Below, piece after piece: positions 10,266-20,693 of a stretch of DNA of 64,000 nucleotides (position 1 is its first letter; each line of letters begins with the position of its first letter). The position numbers and the translations under genes are program-made. The stretch is from a virus (Duplodnaviria; Caudoviricetes). The notes beneath the pieces are model-generated. The model was given only the letters and a program-made list of their open reading frames with translations. It had not been told where the DNA came from and did no database searches. Location of the stretch: IMG/VR virus record IMGVR_UViG_2974795854_000001, positions 8,980-72,979 of that record; one strand, given 5' to 3'.

Positions 10266-10846
10266 ATAACTGCTAAAATGTCGTTAGTTCTCATTTTATA
10301 ATGTAGTACACCCTTAATCATGTACTCGTGTTCTGAATCTTGTTGAAAAGCTACTTTATCCCCTGCCTTAACTCCTTTATCTAAGAGCTCTCTGTTTGGA
10401 TAGGCCATTATTCCCACTAGAGGAACCATGCCTTTGTACTCTTCTTCTATCACCCTTAGTCCGTTATCTAGAACCTTAGGCTCGGATTCTATAGGCCTTA
10501 CAAATACGAAAGGGTCTATAGCTTTCCAATCACTATCACCCTCACTCATGTACATAAATATCTCTTCTGTCGGAACGTAGTATTCATTCTCGGTGATCGA
10601 GTACTCGCTAGGCTTCCTTTTTCCTTTGAGGCCCCAAGACTTTCTGCAGATGTTGTGGTGAAATAAAACTAAGTCTCCCTCTTTGACTAGAGCGCCTTTA
10701 GGGGAACTTACTACTTTTCCTACTCTGTTAATGTGCTCTACACTCTCTATTGAGTTGTTTACGGCCATTGTTTGAGAGTCGTTTAGTTCCACGTGGTTGT
10801 TATAAGAATTTTCCACGTGTACTATAAAATATATGGTTGCTTTCAT
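10262..10846 (-). CDS. GroES/Cpn10-like protein with two tandem GroES-fold domains
   Basis: Two GroES-like signatures: GKVVSSPKGALVKEGDLVLFH and FVFVRPIE...GVKAGDKVAF...MRTNDILAVI. Confidence 0.7.
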   Translation of the reverse strand: MKATIYFIVHVENSYNNHVELNDSQTMAVNNSIESVEHINRVGKVVSSPKGALVKEGDLVLFHHNICRKSWGLKGKRKPSEYSITENEYYVPTEEIFMYMSEGDSDWKAIDPFVFVRPIESEPKVLDNGLRVIEEEYKGMVPLVGIMAYPNRELLDKGVKAGDKVAFQQDSEHEYMIKGVLHYKMRTNDILAVI

Positions 10847-10847
10847 A

Positions 10848-11090
10848 TTACTTAAAGTTTACATCGTATTCAAATTCTATCACTTTACTATATGGTATTG
10901 TCTTCCATATAACTGTGGTTTTACCATTGTCTGCAGTGACGTAAATATCTATGTATCCTTTATTTTCTTCTTCCTCTATAATGTCAGTAATTTCTACTGA
11001 ACGTCCTAAGTATTTTATAGTTTTTACGTAAGCTATACAGTTAGAGAAATTATCTCCTACTGTTATTTTTCTAAATTGTTTCGTTGCCAT
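10848..11090 (-). CDS. hypothetical protein
   Basis: 80 aa ORF with a TATATTTG promoter element at 11120-11127. Confidence 0.65.
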   Translation of the reverse strand: MATKQFRKITVGDNFSNCIAYVKTIKYLGRSVEITDIIEEEENKGYIDIYVTADNGKTTVIWKTIPYSKVIEFEYDVNFK

Positions 11091-11169
11091 TGTTAGATTT
11101 TATTAAATTAATACTTATACAAATATAAAGAAAATCGCCTTACACTAATATTATGTGCTCGGCGACTCG

Positions 11170-12501
11170 TTAATCTAATATTATAGCCCCAGTCATGTAT
11201 AACTGAGTATTGTTTGGTAGGTCTGTTGCTAGTACCGCTAGTGAAGTGCTTCCTCCTATCTCTCTAAAAATAAAAGTGCCATCTCCGTTTATTGTACCGT
11301 GATACTGCTGATCCTTGAAGAGGCAGGTGAACACCTGATTATACTCTAGAAGTTCTCCATCTAAAAAGTCAAAACCAGATATAGAAAGTAGCCCTGCAGT
11401 TCCTCCGGTGTCAGAAGTGGTTAGAGTCTGTATATTAATTGTAAAATTAATAACTTTTCCCATTTTTACATAAGAGCCTAAGGAAGTACGTTGGGTATAT
11501 GAATACCTTCCGCCAGAGTCTCCTAGAGTTGCAGTAAAGGTTCCAGTCTCCTGAGGAGATATATCATCAAGGTATGCTATTGTACCACTTCTATCTTGAA
11601 ACGAGTGAATCCTGTTTGCTGAAAGCCCATCGAAATTTAGTGTTCCAGAGAACTTAATTCCACCGGGTTTGAAGGTAAACCCCTCTAACCCAGAACCAGT
11701 ACCTACTGCTGAAAAGTAGCTGTGTGTAGTGGTGGTACTATTCGTTTGCAAGGATGTCGATGGATAAATAGTAATAAGTCCATCTGATCCTAACTTACCT
11801 ACTCTAAGACCGCCGGTTATGTATACAGAACTATTTGCGGTTATAAGGTCGTCTGCTATTATATTCTTTGTCCTAACTACCCCATTGAAAGTTTTTGCAG
11901 CGTTTACTGTTTGAACTGTGTCTAATGTTACGTAGTTATCTTGTTGGAAATCTATTCCATCCTCGTCGTCGTTTACCTTTAATATCCAACCTTTTCTAAA
12001 TGAGTAATCATCGGGAGTATCAGTCAGGCTTAAAAACGTAGAGGTAGACTCTCCGAATGTCAATCCAGTTCCTTGGGCATTTACCAATACTGACTTTCCG
12101 GCCTGTGCCACATAAGAAGATGGAGTATCTGATAAACTTAAAAACTTAGATATTGCCTCTCCAAATACTACCCCATCCTCGTCGTCGTTTACTATTATCG
12201 ACTTACCTGACTGACCTGTAAAAGTACTGGGAGTGTCTAATAAACTTAAAAATGAGGATGCTGATTCACCGAATATTAGGCCATCTTCGTCGTCATTTAC
12301 TATTAAAGTTTTTCCAGACTGGCCTTCAAAACTATTAGGTGTATCTGGCAAACCTAAGAAACTATTCCTTAAGGCTATTATATCTCCAATCAGGTAGCTT
12401 CTAGTCCTTAGGTTATCTTGGCTATCTGTTCCTATTAAATAATCTTCCGGTGAAGGAGATGCATCATAGTCGTATATCTGTGTATTTTTTATTCTTGCCA
12501 T
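11170..12501 (-). CDS. tail fibre/spike-like protein with internal repeats
   Basis: 443 aa with four ~36-aa repeats (FLxLxDTPxxxxGQxGKxxxVNxxxxGxxF). Its N-terminus is shared with the 12972..15707 fibre. Confidence 0.65.
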   Translation of the reverse strand: MARIKNTQIYDYDASPSPEDYLIGTDSQDNLRTRSYLIGDIIALRNSFLGLPDTPNSFEGQSGKTLIVNDDEDGLIFGESASSFLSLLDTPSTFTGQSGKSIIVNDDEDGVVFGEAISKFLSLSDTPSSYVAQAGKSVLVNAQGTGLTFGESTSTFLSLTDTPDDYSFRKGWILKVNDDEDGIDFQQDNYVTLDTVQTVNAAKTFNGVVRTKNIIADDLITANSSVYITGGLRVGKLGSDGLITIYPSTSLQTNSTTTTHSYFSAVGTGSGLEGFTFKPGGIKFSGTLNFDGLSANRIHSFQDRSGTIAYLDDISPQETGTFTATLGDSGGRYSYTQRTSLGSYVKMGKVINFTINIQTLTTSDTGGTAGLLSISGFDFLDGELLEYNQVFTCLFKDQQYHGTINGDGTFIFREIGGSTSLAVLATDLPNNTQLYMTGAIILD

Positions 12502-12519
12502 TAGTTTATCTATTATTAA

Positions 12520-12972
12520 TTATGAACATAGGGCTATGCTACTAACCACTTGCCCTTGCGCACTTACTCTTATTAAATATGAACCTGTTCCTGTTGTGTA
12601 CTCGAACTTAAAATAATCATTAAGTCCGTTCATTGGGAAGTTTAGGTTTGAATCGCTGTATATTATATCTCCAATCCTAGGATAACTTGCAGTGCTTCTG
12701 AAATACCTGAAAACACTTGTTGTTAAGACGCTACATGCGTTAGATAATGTACTTGTTCCTGTATTTGACATTACAATCCTAGTTGTGGTTTCCGTTGTTA
12801 CATTGCTATAGTTTCTAAAGTTCAATAGGCCGTTCTTACTGCCTGCATAGCTAGAGTCAAACCCATTTGCAGACGACACCGAAAAGCACTCCTGTAAACT
12901 AGAGTTAGACGATAAGCCTAACTCTGTTGTTACATCTTTAAGGTCAAATGTTGTTGTGTTTGGTACTGACAT
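12520..12972 (-). CDS. tail-associated hypothetical protein
   Basis: 150 aa, Ser/Thr-rich, between the two fibre genes. Confidence 0.55.
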   Translation of the reverse strand: MSVPNTTTFDLKDVTTELGLSSNSSLQECFSVSSANGFDSSYAGSKNGLLNFRNYSNVTTETTTRIVMSNTGTSTLSNACSVLTTSVFRYFRSTASYPRIGDIIYSDSNLNFPMNGLNDYFKFEYTTGTGSYLIRVSAQGQVVSSIALCS

Positions 12973-15707
12973 TATAATAAATTATCTACTATTAAGTTTA
13001 GTTTTTCTTCTAACATTTCAACCCTCTCTTCCAATTGAGCATTCTTAGCACAAAGTAAATCTATATACTTTACTGTCAATGACTCGGGGTCGCTTTGGTC
13101 TACGAACTCTGGGTTTGTTTCCAATAACTCTTGAGCTACAACACCCACTCTAAATACACCCTTCTCTGTGTTTAGTTCAAAAGATTTCCATTTTACATCT
13201 AGATTACTAGAGTCATAGTCTTCTATATTATTCTTTCTTCTTTTATCAGAGTTTAGTATAAAGTTAGACGCATAAGCAACACCAAGTTGGTATGTTCTAC
13301 CACCAGTTGAATCTAAGAAAATTCTTGCATTACCGTCAGATGCTATATAACATCCCCAACCTGATGGAGTTGTACCTAAATCGGTTGAGTTAAGAAAACT
13401 GGCTGCACTTTCTGAAAACCCTATTCCGTACATCGGACCTAAATCAAATTCATTAGGTGTATAAGAAGATCCTATACAGTAAATTGGATTTGTCCTATTA
13501 GCATTCGCCCCTACATTGTTATAAGACCCTTCTAAATGACCTGAATTATGCGATAACCTCCCATACGCCCCTGTTGTTGTATAAAAATTATAATCCTGAA
13601 AAGCGGTAATACCGTTACTAGACGCTCCTAGTATTGGATTAAAATTGTGTATTCCACTATTACCAAGTCTAATTTCACCGTTATCGAAACCATTGGTGAA
13701 GTACATAGTACCTCTGTTACCCATAATACCGTACCCGTCTACTTTTACTTGATTCGAGGCTGTTACTAAGTTTCCACTTGTACTACTCACATATAACCTA
13801 GTTCCATTAAGGTTTCCGGATGCAAACACTTCACCATTATATGATAAATTCCCACCATCTTCTAAGATTAAGTTTTTAGCAGTTTTGTCGTTCCTGATAA
13901 CTAAGCTACTATTAGTTTGAGAACCAAATCCAACATACCCTTTTCTATTGCTATCAGCATCGTAATAAGTCAAGTATATATCGGCAGCATCCCCTACTCT
14001 CGTTGGATTTTTTAACCTAAGTCCGTTTGCAGATCCATTTGTTAATATGTAATCTTGTGAAGTTATTGTAGAAGTTGCAGTAACCCTCCCTGTTACATCC
14101 AACCCTGATAATGAAAAAACACTCTGTCCTGAAGTGGACTGATCTCCAACTGGTCTTATTACAACATTCCCATTGCTTCCGTAGTTAGAACTAAGTACAG
14201 TTGTATCACTCCCATTGTCTCTAATCTTTGTACTCTGTAAAGTAAATAACCCTGACATATTGAAGTCTCCTCCAAGTGTCAAATTACCTGTAATACCCAA
14301 AGTACCATTCATAGTATCACTAGTATCACTTCTTAAGAATTGAGCAGAGTTAAGACCCCCTAGTAAATTTGAGTCATAAGCTGTTCCTAAAGTTCCTAAT
14401 TTACCGTCTAATGCCGATTGTAAATCCGTTTGATTAGATAATGTACCTGTGATTGACCCCCAGTTAATAGCCTCTGTTCCGCCTACTGGTATGTAATTAG
14501 ACCCTCCCCATCTATAAAGGTTATTCTCATAAAGGTCAATGTATATTTTACCAACTTCACCTGTTACTGGGAAACTGGCGTAGTCATTGAACTCTAAAAC
14601 ATCATCTACGAAAGATGGTAAGTATCCTGAATCTATAAGTCCAGATGCGTTAAGGGGTGCGTATCCGTTAGATGCTCCCTTATTTGATAATAACTCGTAA
14701 GACGGGAAATTGTCTATGTCTGCTATAGTTATTTTTTTATTCTCCCAGATTGTTCCATTATGTCTTAAAACCTCTCCTGACGATACTGCTCCTAGAGTTA
14801 CGTCAGAAAGTCCTGATAATGAGGTAGCTATGCTTGCCCAGTTACCATCTCCCCTAAGAAAATTATCTGAGGTAGGCGTACCTAGTGCGTTTATATCTCC
14901 AATATTTACAGACTCTAAGTAGTCTCCTAAATCTGTGATATCTGATTCTAAGTGAGTGTGTCCTAATAAAGAGTAGAATCCTGAGTAGTCTCCCTCCTCT
15001 GCTGTAACTTCTCCATCTCTACCGAATACTCCGGTAACTAGATTGTATGAAGCTATAGAGTCGTCTACATATTTTTTAGTTGATACGTTGTAGTCTCCTG
15101 TTGGAGTATACTCTGTAGTGTTATTTTTTCCAGATAGTTCTGAGTTAAAGTCGGTTATTTCAGAAGAGTCATGCGTATGCCCTAGCAAAGAGTAGAATCC
15201 TGAGTAGTCTCCTTCTTCTGCTGTAACTTCTCCACCTCTTCCAAATACGCTATCTACATTAGAGGCATCTGCCCACACTCCGTCTCCCCTAAGGAACGTG
15301 TTTGAGTTTGCGCTCCCTGTGGTGTTTATATCAGATATGTTTACAGACTCTAAATAGTCTCCTAGATCGATTATATCACTCTCTGTGTGTGTATGTCCTA
15401 GCAAAGAGTAGAAGTCCTTGTAATCGGCTTCTTTTGCCTCTATAGCACCTGTTTGACCGAACACCGAGAACACACTACCTACACCAGATGCAGGTACTAA
15501 TGCCCAAGACCCGTTTTGTCTTAGGTAAGGTTGACCATCTTTAGGTGCGTCTTTGAAATATCCATATGAAGGAAGTATCCCAAATATGGTATCTATTCTG
15601 TATGACTTAGTTATCCTACCGTCTCCTTGGTCTGACCCAACTAAAAACGACGATGATTCAGGTACGTTGTCAAATACATATACGTCGGTATTCTTTATTC
15701 TAGCCAT
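12972..15707 (-). CDS. tail fibre with C-terminal intramolecular chaperone (peptidase S74-like)
   Basis: 911 aa with three VFG...YSLLGHTH repeats. The C-terminus SDKRRKNNI...GVVAQEL...VKYIDL plus coiled coil is the S74 autocleaving chaperone signature. Confidence 0.85.
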   Translation of the reverse strand: MARIKNTDVYVFDNVPESSSFLVGSDQGDGRITKSYRIDTIFGILPSYGYFKDAPKDGQPYLRQNGSWALVPASGVGSVFSVFGQTGAIEAKEADYKDFYSLLGHTHTESDIIDLGDYLESVNISDINTTGSANSNTFLRGDGVWADASNVDSVFGRGGEVTAEEGDYSGFYSLLGHTHDSSEITDFNSELSGKNNTTEYTPTGDYNVSTKKYVDDSIASYNLVTGVFGRDGEVTAEEGDYSGFYSLLGHTHLESDITDLGDYLESVNIGDINALGTPTSDNFLRGDGNWASIATSLSGLSDVTLGAVSSGEVLRHNGTIWENKKITIADIDNFPSYELLSNKGASNGYAPLNASGLIDSGYLPSFVDDVLEFNDYASFPVTGEVGKIYIDLYENNLYRWGGSNYIPVGGTEAINWGSITGTLSNQTDLQSALDGKLGTLGTAYDSNLLGGLNSAQFLRSDTSDTMNGTLGITGNLTLGGDFNMSGLFTLQSTKIRDNGSDTTVLSSNYGSNGNVVIRPVGDQSTSGQSVFSLSGLDVTGRVTATSTITSQDYILTNGSANGLRLKNPTRVGDAADIYLTYYDADSNRKGYVGFGSQTNSSLVIRNDKTAKNLILEDGGNLSYNGEVFASGNLNGTRLYVSSTSGNLVTASNQVKVDGYGIMGNRGTMYFTNGFDNGEIRLGNSGIHNFNPILGASSNGITAFQDYNFYTTTGAYGRLSHNSGHLEGSYNNVGANANRTNPIYCIGSSYTPNEFDLGPMYGIGFSESAASFLNSTDLGTTPSGWGCYIASDGNARIFLDSTGGRTYQLGVAYASNFILNSDKRRKNNIEDYDSSNLDVKWKSFELNTEKGVFRVGVVAQELLETNPEFVDQSDPESLTVKYIDLLCAKNAQLEERVEMLEEKLNLIVDNLL

Positions 15708-16307
15708 CTATAATTTCCATGTTTTTCCAATCCAAGCTCTTCCTTCTGTATCGTAAGATATTGAGATTGTGTTTCCTTTCTTATTTGTGTAAAGTAGATT
15801 ACCTTTTACTACCGGAGTAGTTGTCAATGGCTCTATTGTAGATACTCCTACTTCTGTACCTATTGAAAAGTACCTCTTAGCTTCTATAGGTATCTTTACT
15901 TCGGTCTCTACGTAATATGGGTTAGTCTTATATTTTACAGACTGCCCTAGTATCTCTCCCCTCGTCTTAGTGTACACTTCAATAGTTTGTAATGAGTCTA
16001 TGAACTTTTCTGAGTATTCATTTATCTCTATGGCCTCTTTGAACAGCTCTAACTTACTTACGCTATCTTTTAAAGATATATACTTCTCGTAGTAGGTAGA
16101 ATCTATCTCAACTACCGTAGTGTTTATTTTAACGGGCTTCACCTCCTCGAAGGAGCCCTCTACGGACGGTACTAAGACCTTTACTTCTTTTTCTATATAT
16201 TCTATATCACTTTTTCTATTGCACTCCGTAAATAGCAGCATAGAGCTTATTATAGCAATTGCCCATGGTATTAAATTTACGGTTATTTCCGTGTTACCTA
16301 TTTTCAT
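15708..16307 (-). CDS. putative spanin-like membrane protein
   Basis: N-terminal hydrophobic segment followed by Cys, downstream of the amidase. Confidence 0.45.
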   Translation of the reverse strand: MKIGNTEITVNLIPWAIAIISSMLLFTECNRKSDIEYIEKEVKVLVPSVEGSFEEVKPVKINTTVVEIDSTYYEKYISLKDSVSKLELFKEAIEINEYSEKFIDSLQTIEVYTKTRGEILGQSVKYKTNPYYVETEVKIPIEAKRYFSIGTEVGVSTIEPLTTTPVVKGNLLYTNKKGNTISISYDTEGRAWIGKTWKL

Positions 16308-16920
16308 TTATATAGTTTAAAATTCCTGTGTAAATCCTAGACCCTAAATCCGCTTGGAATCTTGGGTCTTTCAAGTTCTTGAAGTCTTTCTCGTTATCGA
16401 AGAAACCACACTCCACTAAAACCGCAGGGCAGTTAGTTTCTCTTATTACTTTGAAGTTGGCCTCCTTGTCTTTATCTTTATCCGATAAGTCGTACCTAAG
16501 TTTCATACTCACGTCTTTAATAGACACCTCTGCCGAGTCTGCTATCAATTCTGCTAGTCTATCACTTTTAGTAGTTCCCTTGGTTGTGTATATCTCAAAC
16601 CCTTCTCCTTTGTGTGATGCAGATGCGTTACAATGAATGGATATGAATACAGTCTCCTTAGAGTTGTACTTATTTGTAATCCTAACTCTCTCGCTTAATG
16701 ATACGTCTTTAGGATCCTCTGGTGATACTGTAAATATTACATTTATGCCGCTTTCACCCTCTAGGCATCTAGCGACCTCTTTAGCTATAGCCCTATTAAG
16801 AACTCCTTCATAGGCCACCTCTCCGTTAGGGAATTTATACATCTTAGCCGGAGCTGTTGTGTACTTCCCACTTCTGTCTATCCCTCCATGTCCGGGGTCT
16901 AATACTACGTTCTTTATCAT
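16294..16920 (-). CDS. endolysin, N-acetylmuramoyl-L-alanine amidase (Amidase_3)
   Basis: LDPGHGG, E, SIHCNA and LVECGF zinc-amidase motifs. Confidence 0.93.
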   Translation of the reverse strand: MIKNVVLDPGHGGIDRSGKYTTAPAKMYKFPNGEVAYEGVLNRAIAKEVARCLEGESGINVIFTVSPEDPKDVSLSERVRITNKYNSKETVFISIHCNASASHKGEGFEIYTTKGTTKSDRLAELIADSAEVSIKDVSMKLRYDLSDKDKDKEANFKVIRETNCPAVLVECGFFDNEKDFKNLKDPRFQADLGSRIYTGILNYINENR

Positions 16921-16929
16921 CTTTCTTTT

Positions 16930-17325
16930 TTATATGTGGTCGTTTATCTTTCCAAACTTCTTTTCATAAAAGTGCAATCTCTTACTTTGCTTTTCTATAA
17001 ATCCTTTTTGCTCTAGTACCAAGTTATTAAGTTCTTCTATCTTACCTTCTAATCTAGAAAGAGATTCTGCGAAGCTGTCTTGTAAATCTATTATGGTAGC
17101 CTTGTGACGGGTAACCATATCATCTAGTAGGCCCCTATAAATATTGATCTCGTGCTCTACATTTTTTAGTTGCATGCTTTCTAAATCTTCTTTACTGGCG
17201 TCTATGGATACAGTATTACTCTTCCTACTGAAAGAGCTTTGTATCATGTCTTTGTTAAGGGCTATTATCGTAGAGACTAATCCCAGTACTCCAATACCTA
17301 TTTTTTCTATTACTTCAAATTCCAT
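16930..17325 (-). CDS. putative holin/lysis-associated membrane protein
   Basis: One N-terminal TM segment plus coiled coil, directly upstream of the endolysin. Confidence 0.45.
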   Translation of the reverse strand: MEFEVIEKIGIGVLGLVSTIIALNKDMIQSSFSRKSNTVSIDASKEDLESMQLKNVEHEINIYRGLLDDMVTRHKATIIDLQDSFAESLSRLEGKIEELNNLVLEQKGFIEKQSKRLHFYEKKFGKINDHI

Positions 17326-17690
17326 TACTTTATTTGGGGTTTATGTAGGTGAGCGTAAAAAACGCAATCTTCTTCGGCGTACAGTATGTGACATTGTCCT
17401 ATAGGTATTATCAGCCTCCCAAAATTCTTTAATTCTAGGCCTGTGACCAATTCTCTTAACACTCCGCTGTAAACTACTAACTCCTCTATGCAATCATGGT
17501 GGTGAGACTCGACTATTTTACCTGCCTTTAACTCACCTCTAAAGAATAATGTGTCATCCATGCTTGGCAACCTTTCTGTAAAAAGTCCGCTTACCAATTC
17601 TATCCTCTTTCCGGTTGTATGGGTACTAGCTACATCGTATGTAATTAAACTGTCTTCTTTTTGTTTAAGTTTAGCTATCAATGTATTCAT
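17325..17690 (-). CDS. cupin-fold protein
   Basis: HHHDCIEELVVYSG ... IPIGQCH matches cupin motifs 1 and 2. Confidence 0.6.
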   Translation of the reverse strand: MNTLIAKLKQKEDSLITYDVASTHTTGKRIELVSGLFTERLPSMDDTLFFRGELKAGKIVESHHHDCIEELVVYSGVLRELVTGLELKNFGRLIIPIGQCHILYAEEDCVFYAHLHKPQIK

Positions 17691-17693
17691 TAA

Positions 17694-17999
17694 TTATTTT
17701 TTCTTACGTCCGCCTTCTCCTTTTCTACCTCTATTCGTAGAAGAAGGAACAAACTTCCCTACCGCATGATCGTAGTCTTTTCCAGAAATATTCTTGCCGG
17801 ACTTTTTAGCAGCATATCTCTTCGACCCTGATTCAGATCTTTTCTTTTTCTGTTCTGGTCTTGCGTTTATTTTTTTATCTGTAGATGCTTTTTTCTTTCT
17901 AGCTGTAGGATTCTCCCTATAAAATTTAGCTGATTTACTTAAAGCGCCCTTCTTTTTTGGTGGTGCCATATTTATATAAATTTTAATGTAAAGGTACAA
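17694..17999 (-). CDS. small highly basic protein (likely ATG start near 17969)
   Basis: Lys/Arg-rich, with DYDHAVGKFV..STNRG. Confidence 0.6.
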   Translation of the reverse strand: MYLYIKIYINMAPPKKKGALSKSAKFYRENPTARKKKASTDKKINARPEQKKKRSESGSKRYAAKKSGKNISGKDYDHAVGKFVPSSTNRGRKGEGGRKKK

Positions 18000-18066
18000 A
18001 AAAAGGGAGGAACATAAATGAACCCCCCTTGTCTCTAGTTAACCTCCTTTCTAAAATAGGTTTATC

Positions 18067-18546
18067 TTACTCAAAACTTCTAACTATTGTTAGGAACAAA
18101 CTGTCTTTAACTCTCTGAGCTAGAGGAAGTTCCCCGTATGCAACTAAACAGTTGTGTTCTTTTTTCTCGATATCTTTAGTCTCTCCGTATACCCAACCAT
18201 CTTCTATCTTAAACGCAAGCCAGTTGTCGTGCATAGATTTTGACGTTGCTTTTGGATTAGCTAGTGCGAACTTAACGCCGTCTATAGCAGAGTTTTTAAT
18301 ATTGTCTGGCACTTCCTCCCAAGGGGCTTGTGACATATCATTATGACCCTCGCAATACGCTCGGTTCACCTCGTGACACGTTTTTGCGATATTACTTAGT
18401 CTGTCACTTTCTAACTTCTCCGGAGTGTTGTCTACCTCCTTTAGTTTAGCTTTGTGGCTAGCCTCTGCCTTAGCTTTTGCCTTCGTTGCTGCTGTTTCCT
18501 TTGTCGCTGCTGTTGTTTTTGCTTTACTACTTTTTCCTGTTGCCAT
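18067..18546 (-). CDS. RyR-domain-like phage protein
   Basis: CHEVNRAYC, HDNW...GWVYG..KD..KKEHNCLVAY.ELP..QRVKD matches the RyR repeat pattern. Confidence 0.7.
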   Translation of the reverse strand: MATGKSSKAKTTAATKETAATKAKAKAEASHKAKLKEVDNTPEKLESDRLSNIAKTCHEVNRAYCEGHNDMSQAPWEEVPDNIKNSAIDGVKFALANPKATSKSMHDNWLAFKIEDGWVYGETKDIEKKEHNCLVAYGELPLAQRVKDSLFLTIVRSFE

Positions 18547-18547
18547 A

Positions 18548-19129
18548 CTACTTGTTTTTTACTTTGTCGTTAAATAATTTGAAAAGTCCTATTAACCCTT
18601 CGTCTGCTTTTTTGTTACTCCTCACTATCACATTTCTCCTAGCGCTCATTGGAATCTCCTCCTCCAACATGAACATCTTGTGGCACCTCTTCATTAGCTC
18701 GTTTCCCTTGTGGCTCAATACGAAGTACTTTATTCTCTCAGATTTGGCCCACTCTATTATCCAACCATCTTTACGTAATTTTCCGAACTGAGTATAATCA
18801 CTTATTCCCATCTCTTTAATAGCGTCTTTAAATTGTTGGACTGTAAATATCTGTAGTGGATATATGTAGAAGAGTATACCTATCTGCCTATCTGTCAGGT
18901 TGTGGTTTCTTTTGGCCCACTCCCTTACCATATAAGAGTATTGTAAGAAGTTGTAATCTAAATTAGCAACCCTTACCTTCTTCTTATAATCCTTCTGCTT
19001 CTTTAATGCCATCCTTTTAAATAAGATATCTTCTGTTATCCTCTCATGGACGAAGCCTTCGTGCTCCCTTCTTTTAATTAGTTTGTCATCCATTGTAGTA
19101 AAGGTAAGTAATTTACCTGACATATACAA
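18548..19129 (-). CDS. putative winged-helix (MarR-like) DNA-binding protein
   Basis: LTDRQIGILFYI ... LRKDGWI ... YFVLSHKGNELM wHTH-like pattern. Confidence 0.5.
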   Translation of the reverse strand: MYMSGKLLTFTTMDDKLIKRREHEGFVHERITEDILFKRMALKKQKDYKKKVRVANLDYNFLQYSYMVREWAKRNHNLTDRQIGILFYIYPLQIFTVQQFKDAIKEMGISDYTQFGKLRKDGWIIEWAKSERIKYFVLSHKGNELMKRCHKMFMLEEEIPMSARRNVIVRSNKKADEGLIGLFKLFNDKVKNK

Positions 19130-19187
19130 ATGAAAAAAGAGCTAAAGCTTTTGGCCTTAACTCTTTGGTTGGTTGGTGTTTATGTTA

Positions 19188-19730
19188 TTACGATCCTTCT
19201 GTAGACACTACTGTATATACATCGTCTAGCTTAGTGATAGTCCAAACAAATGCGTCGAAAGGTGTGAACCCTCTTAGAGTCAACTCTGTTAAAGTGCCAT
19301 CTCCTGCGTTAACGTCGGCTGTCTGTGCTACCTTGTCTTCCATCTTCTCGATGAAGTTTACAAGCGCTAATACTGACCTTGTGTTAAAGTCGAAAGTACC
19401 TCCGGTAGCCCTAACTAAACTTACAGGACGTCTTGTAGTCAATGCAGATCTACCGCTAGCTCCTGATTGAATTGTTTCTTCTTCTACGAAAGTACATGTA
19501 AATGTAGTTCCTGAGTCTGCTACCACTACAGTCCACTTAGATGCACTGTAAGGAGAGTTACCTTTTGATATTAAGTCAGAGTATGTTCCGTCTGCGGTAC
19601 CGTTTGCTTGTAGTTTTGAAACTAATAATGCTGCTCCTTTAAGAGCGTCAGTTGAACAAGCTGCGTTTTCTGCAGGGAATAAAATATCTACTTTAGGTAA
19701 GTACGATAATGCTGCTATTCCTTTTCCCAT
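19188..19730 (-). CDS. hypothetical, probably virion protein
   Basis: 180 aa with a TATCTTTG promoter element at 19761-19768 and a terminator-like hairpin at ~19134-19166. Confidence 0.55.
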   Translation of the reverse strand: MGKGIAALSYLPKVDILFPAENAACSTDALKGAALLVSKLQANGTADGTYSDLISKGNSPYSASKWTVVVADSGTTFTCTFVEEETIQSGASGRSALTTRRPVSLVRATGGTFDFNTRSVLALVNFIEKMEDKVAQTADVNAGDGTLTELTLRGFTPFDAFVWTITKLDDVYTVVSTEGS

Positions 19731-19951
19731 TGTTTGTGTTGTTTATAATTTGTTACACTACAAAGATAACCCTTTTATTTTACTGTTCTTGACCCCCCCT
19801 TTTCACCAACATTTTTATTTTTGTACAATGCCTAGCGAAGCTCTTTACTTCACAAGCGCTCACGAAATCTAAGTTATCTAAATACTCTTTCTTAAGGATG
19901 TTCAACTCCCTAGGACTCTTGTCGATTAAATTCTCTATATTAACTCTCATA

Positions 19952-20665
19952 TTAATTTTCATATAATTTGATTAAGTTGCTTACTTGTATTGGGTAAAAT
20001 TTATTTCCTCTAGATGTTTCAAATCCGTTTTTATTAAGGTAATCTGCTATTTGCTTTAAAGTACTCTTGTTAGACTTCATTCTAGATGCCATAGCGTACG
20101 CTCTACGGTTGTTCTCGTTAGCAATGGCCTTTGCCTTTCTAATTACTTTAGAGCGCTCTCTGGCCATATCAGAGAGATTCTGAGGGTTGCCTAAAGAAGT
20201 GATTCGATCACCGGCTTTAGTAATATGGTACCCGTCAGATTCTATATTGGCCTTTATCTGACCTAAGGCGTCTTTTACCCTTCTCTGAGTTTTATCTTTT
20301 TCTTCCTTAGCAATTAAGAACTTGATGTTTTTAGAAAACTCGCTATCGTGAGGTGAATCGGCTTCTATAAAAGGTACACCCTTCTCCTCTAGCTTTGCTA
20401 TGGTCATAAACCCTGCTCTAGATAATCTATCTATGCGGTGAACCAATAATACCGCAGAGTGTTTCTTACAAAGCTCTAATGCCTTATCAAATCCTTCTCG
20501 AACTTGGGCCCCACCCGAGATTATCTCGCTAACCTCTTCTACTATAGTTCCGCCGTAAGACTTAACAAACGCCTCTACAGAACTCTTTTGAACTTCTAAC
20601 CCTATTCCATCTCTTTGGCTTTCTGTCGACGCCCTGTAGTATGCTACGTATTTCTTATTATCCAT
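19952..20665 (-). CDS. serine recombinase (resolvase/invertase family)
   Basis: Catalytic YYRASTESQ and RIDRLSR motifs, with a C-terminal HTH (TLKQIADYLN.NGFETSRG). ATG at 20665 is preferred over the track start at 20707. Confidence 0.9.
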   Translation of the reverse strand: MDNKKYVAYYRASTESQRDGIGLEVQKSSVEAFVKSYGGTIVEEVSEIISGGAQVREGFDKALELCKKHSAVLLVHRIDRLSRAGFMTIAKLEEKGVPFIEADSPHDSEFSKNIKFLIAKEEKDKTQRRVKDALGQIKANIESDGYHITKAGDRITSLGNPQNLSDMARERSKVIRKAKAIANENNRRAYAMASRMKSNKSTLKQIADYLNKNGFETSRGNKFYPIQVSNLIKLYEN

Positions 20666-20693
20666 CTCTATTAATTTTTGATTGTTGTTTTGA

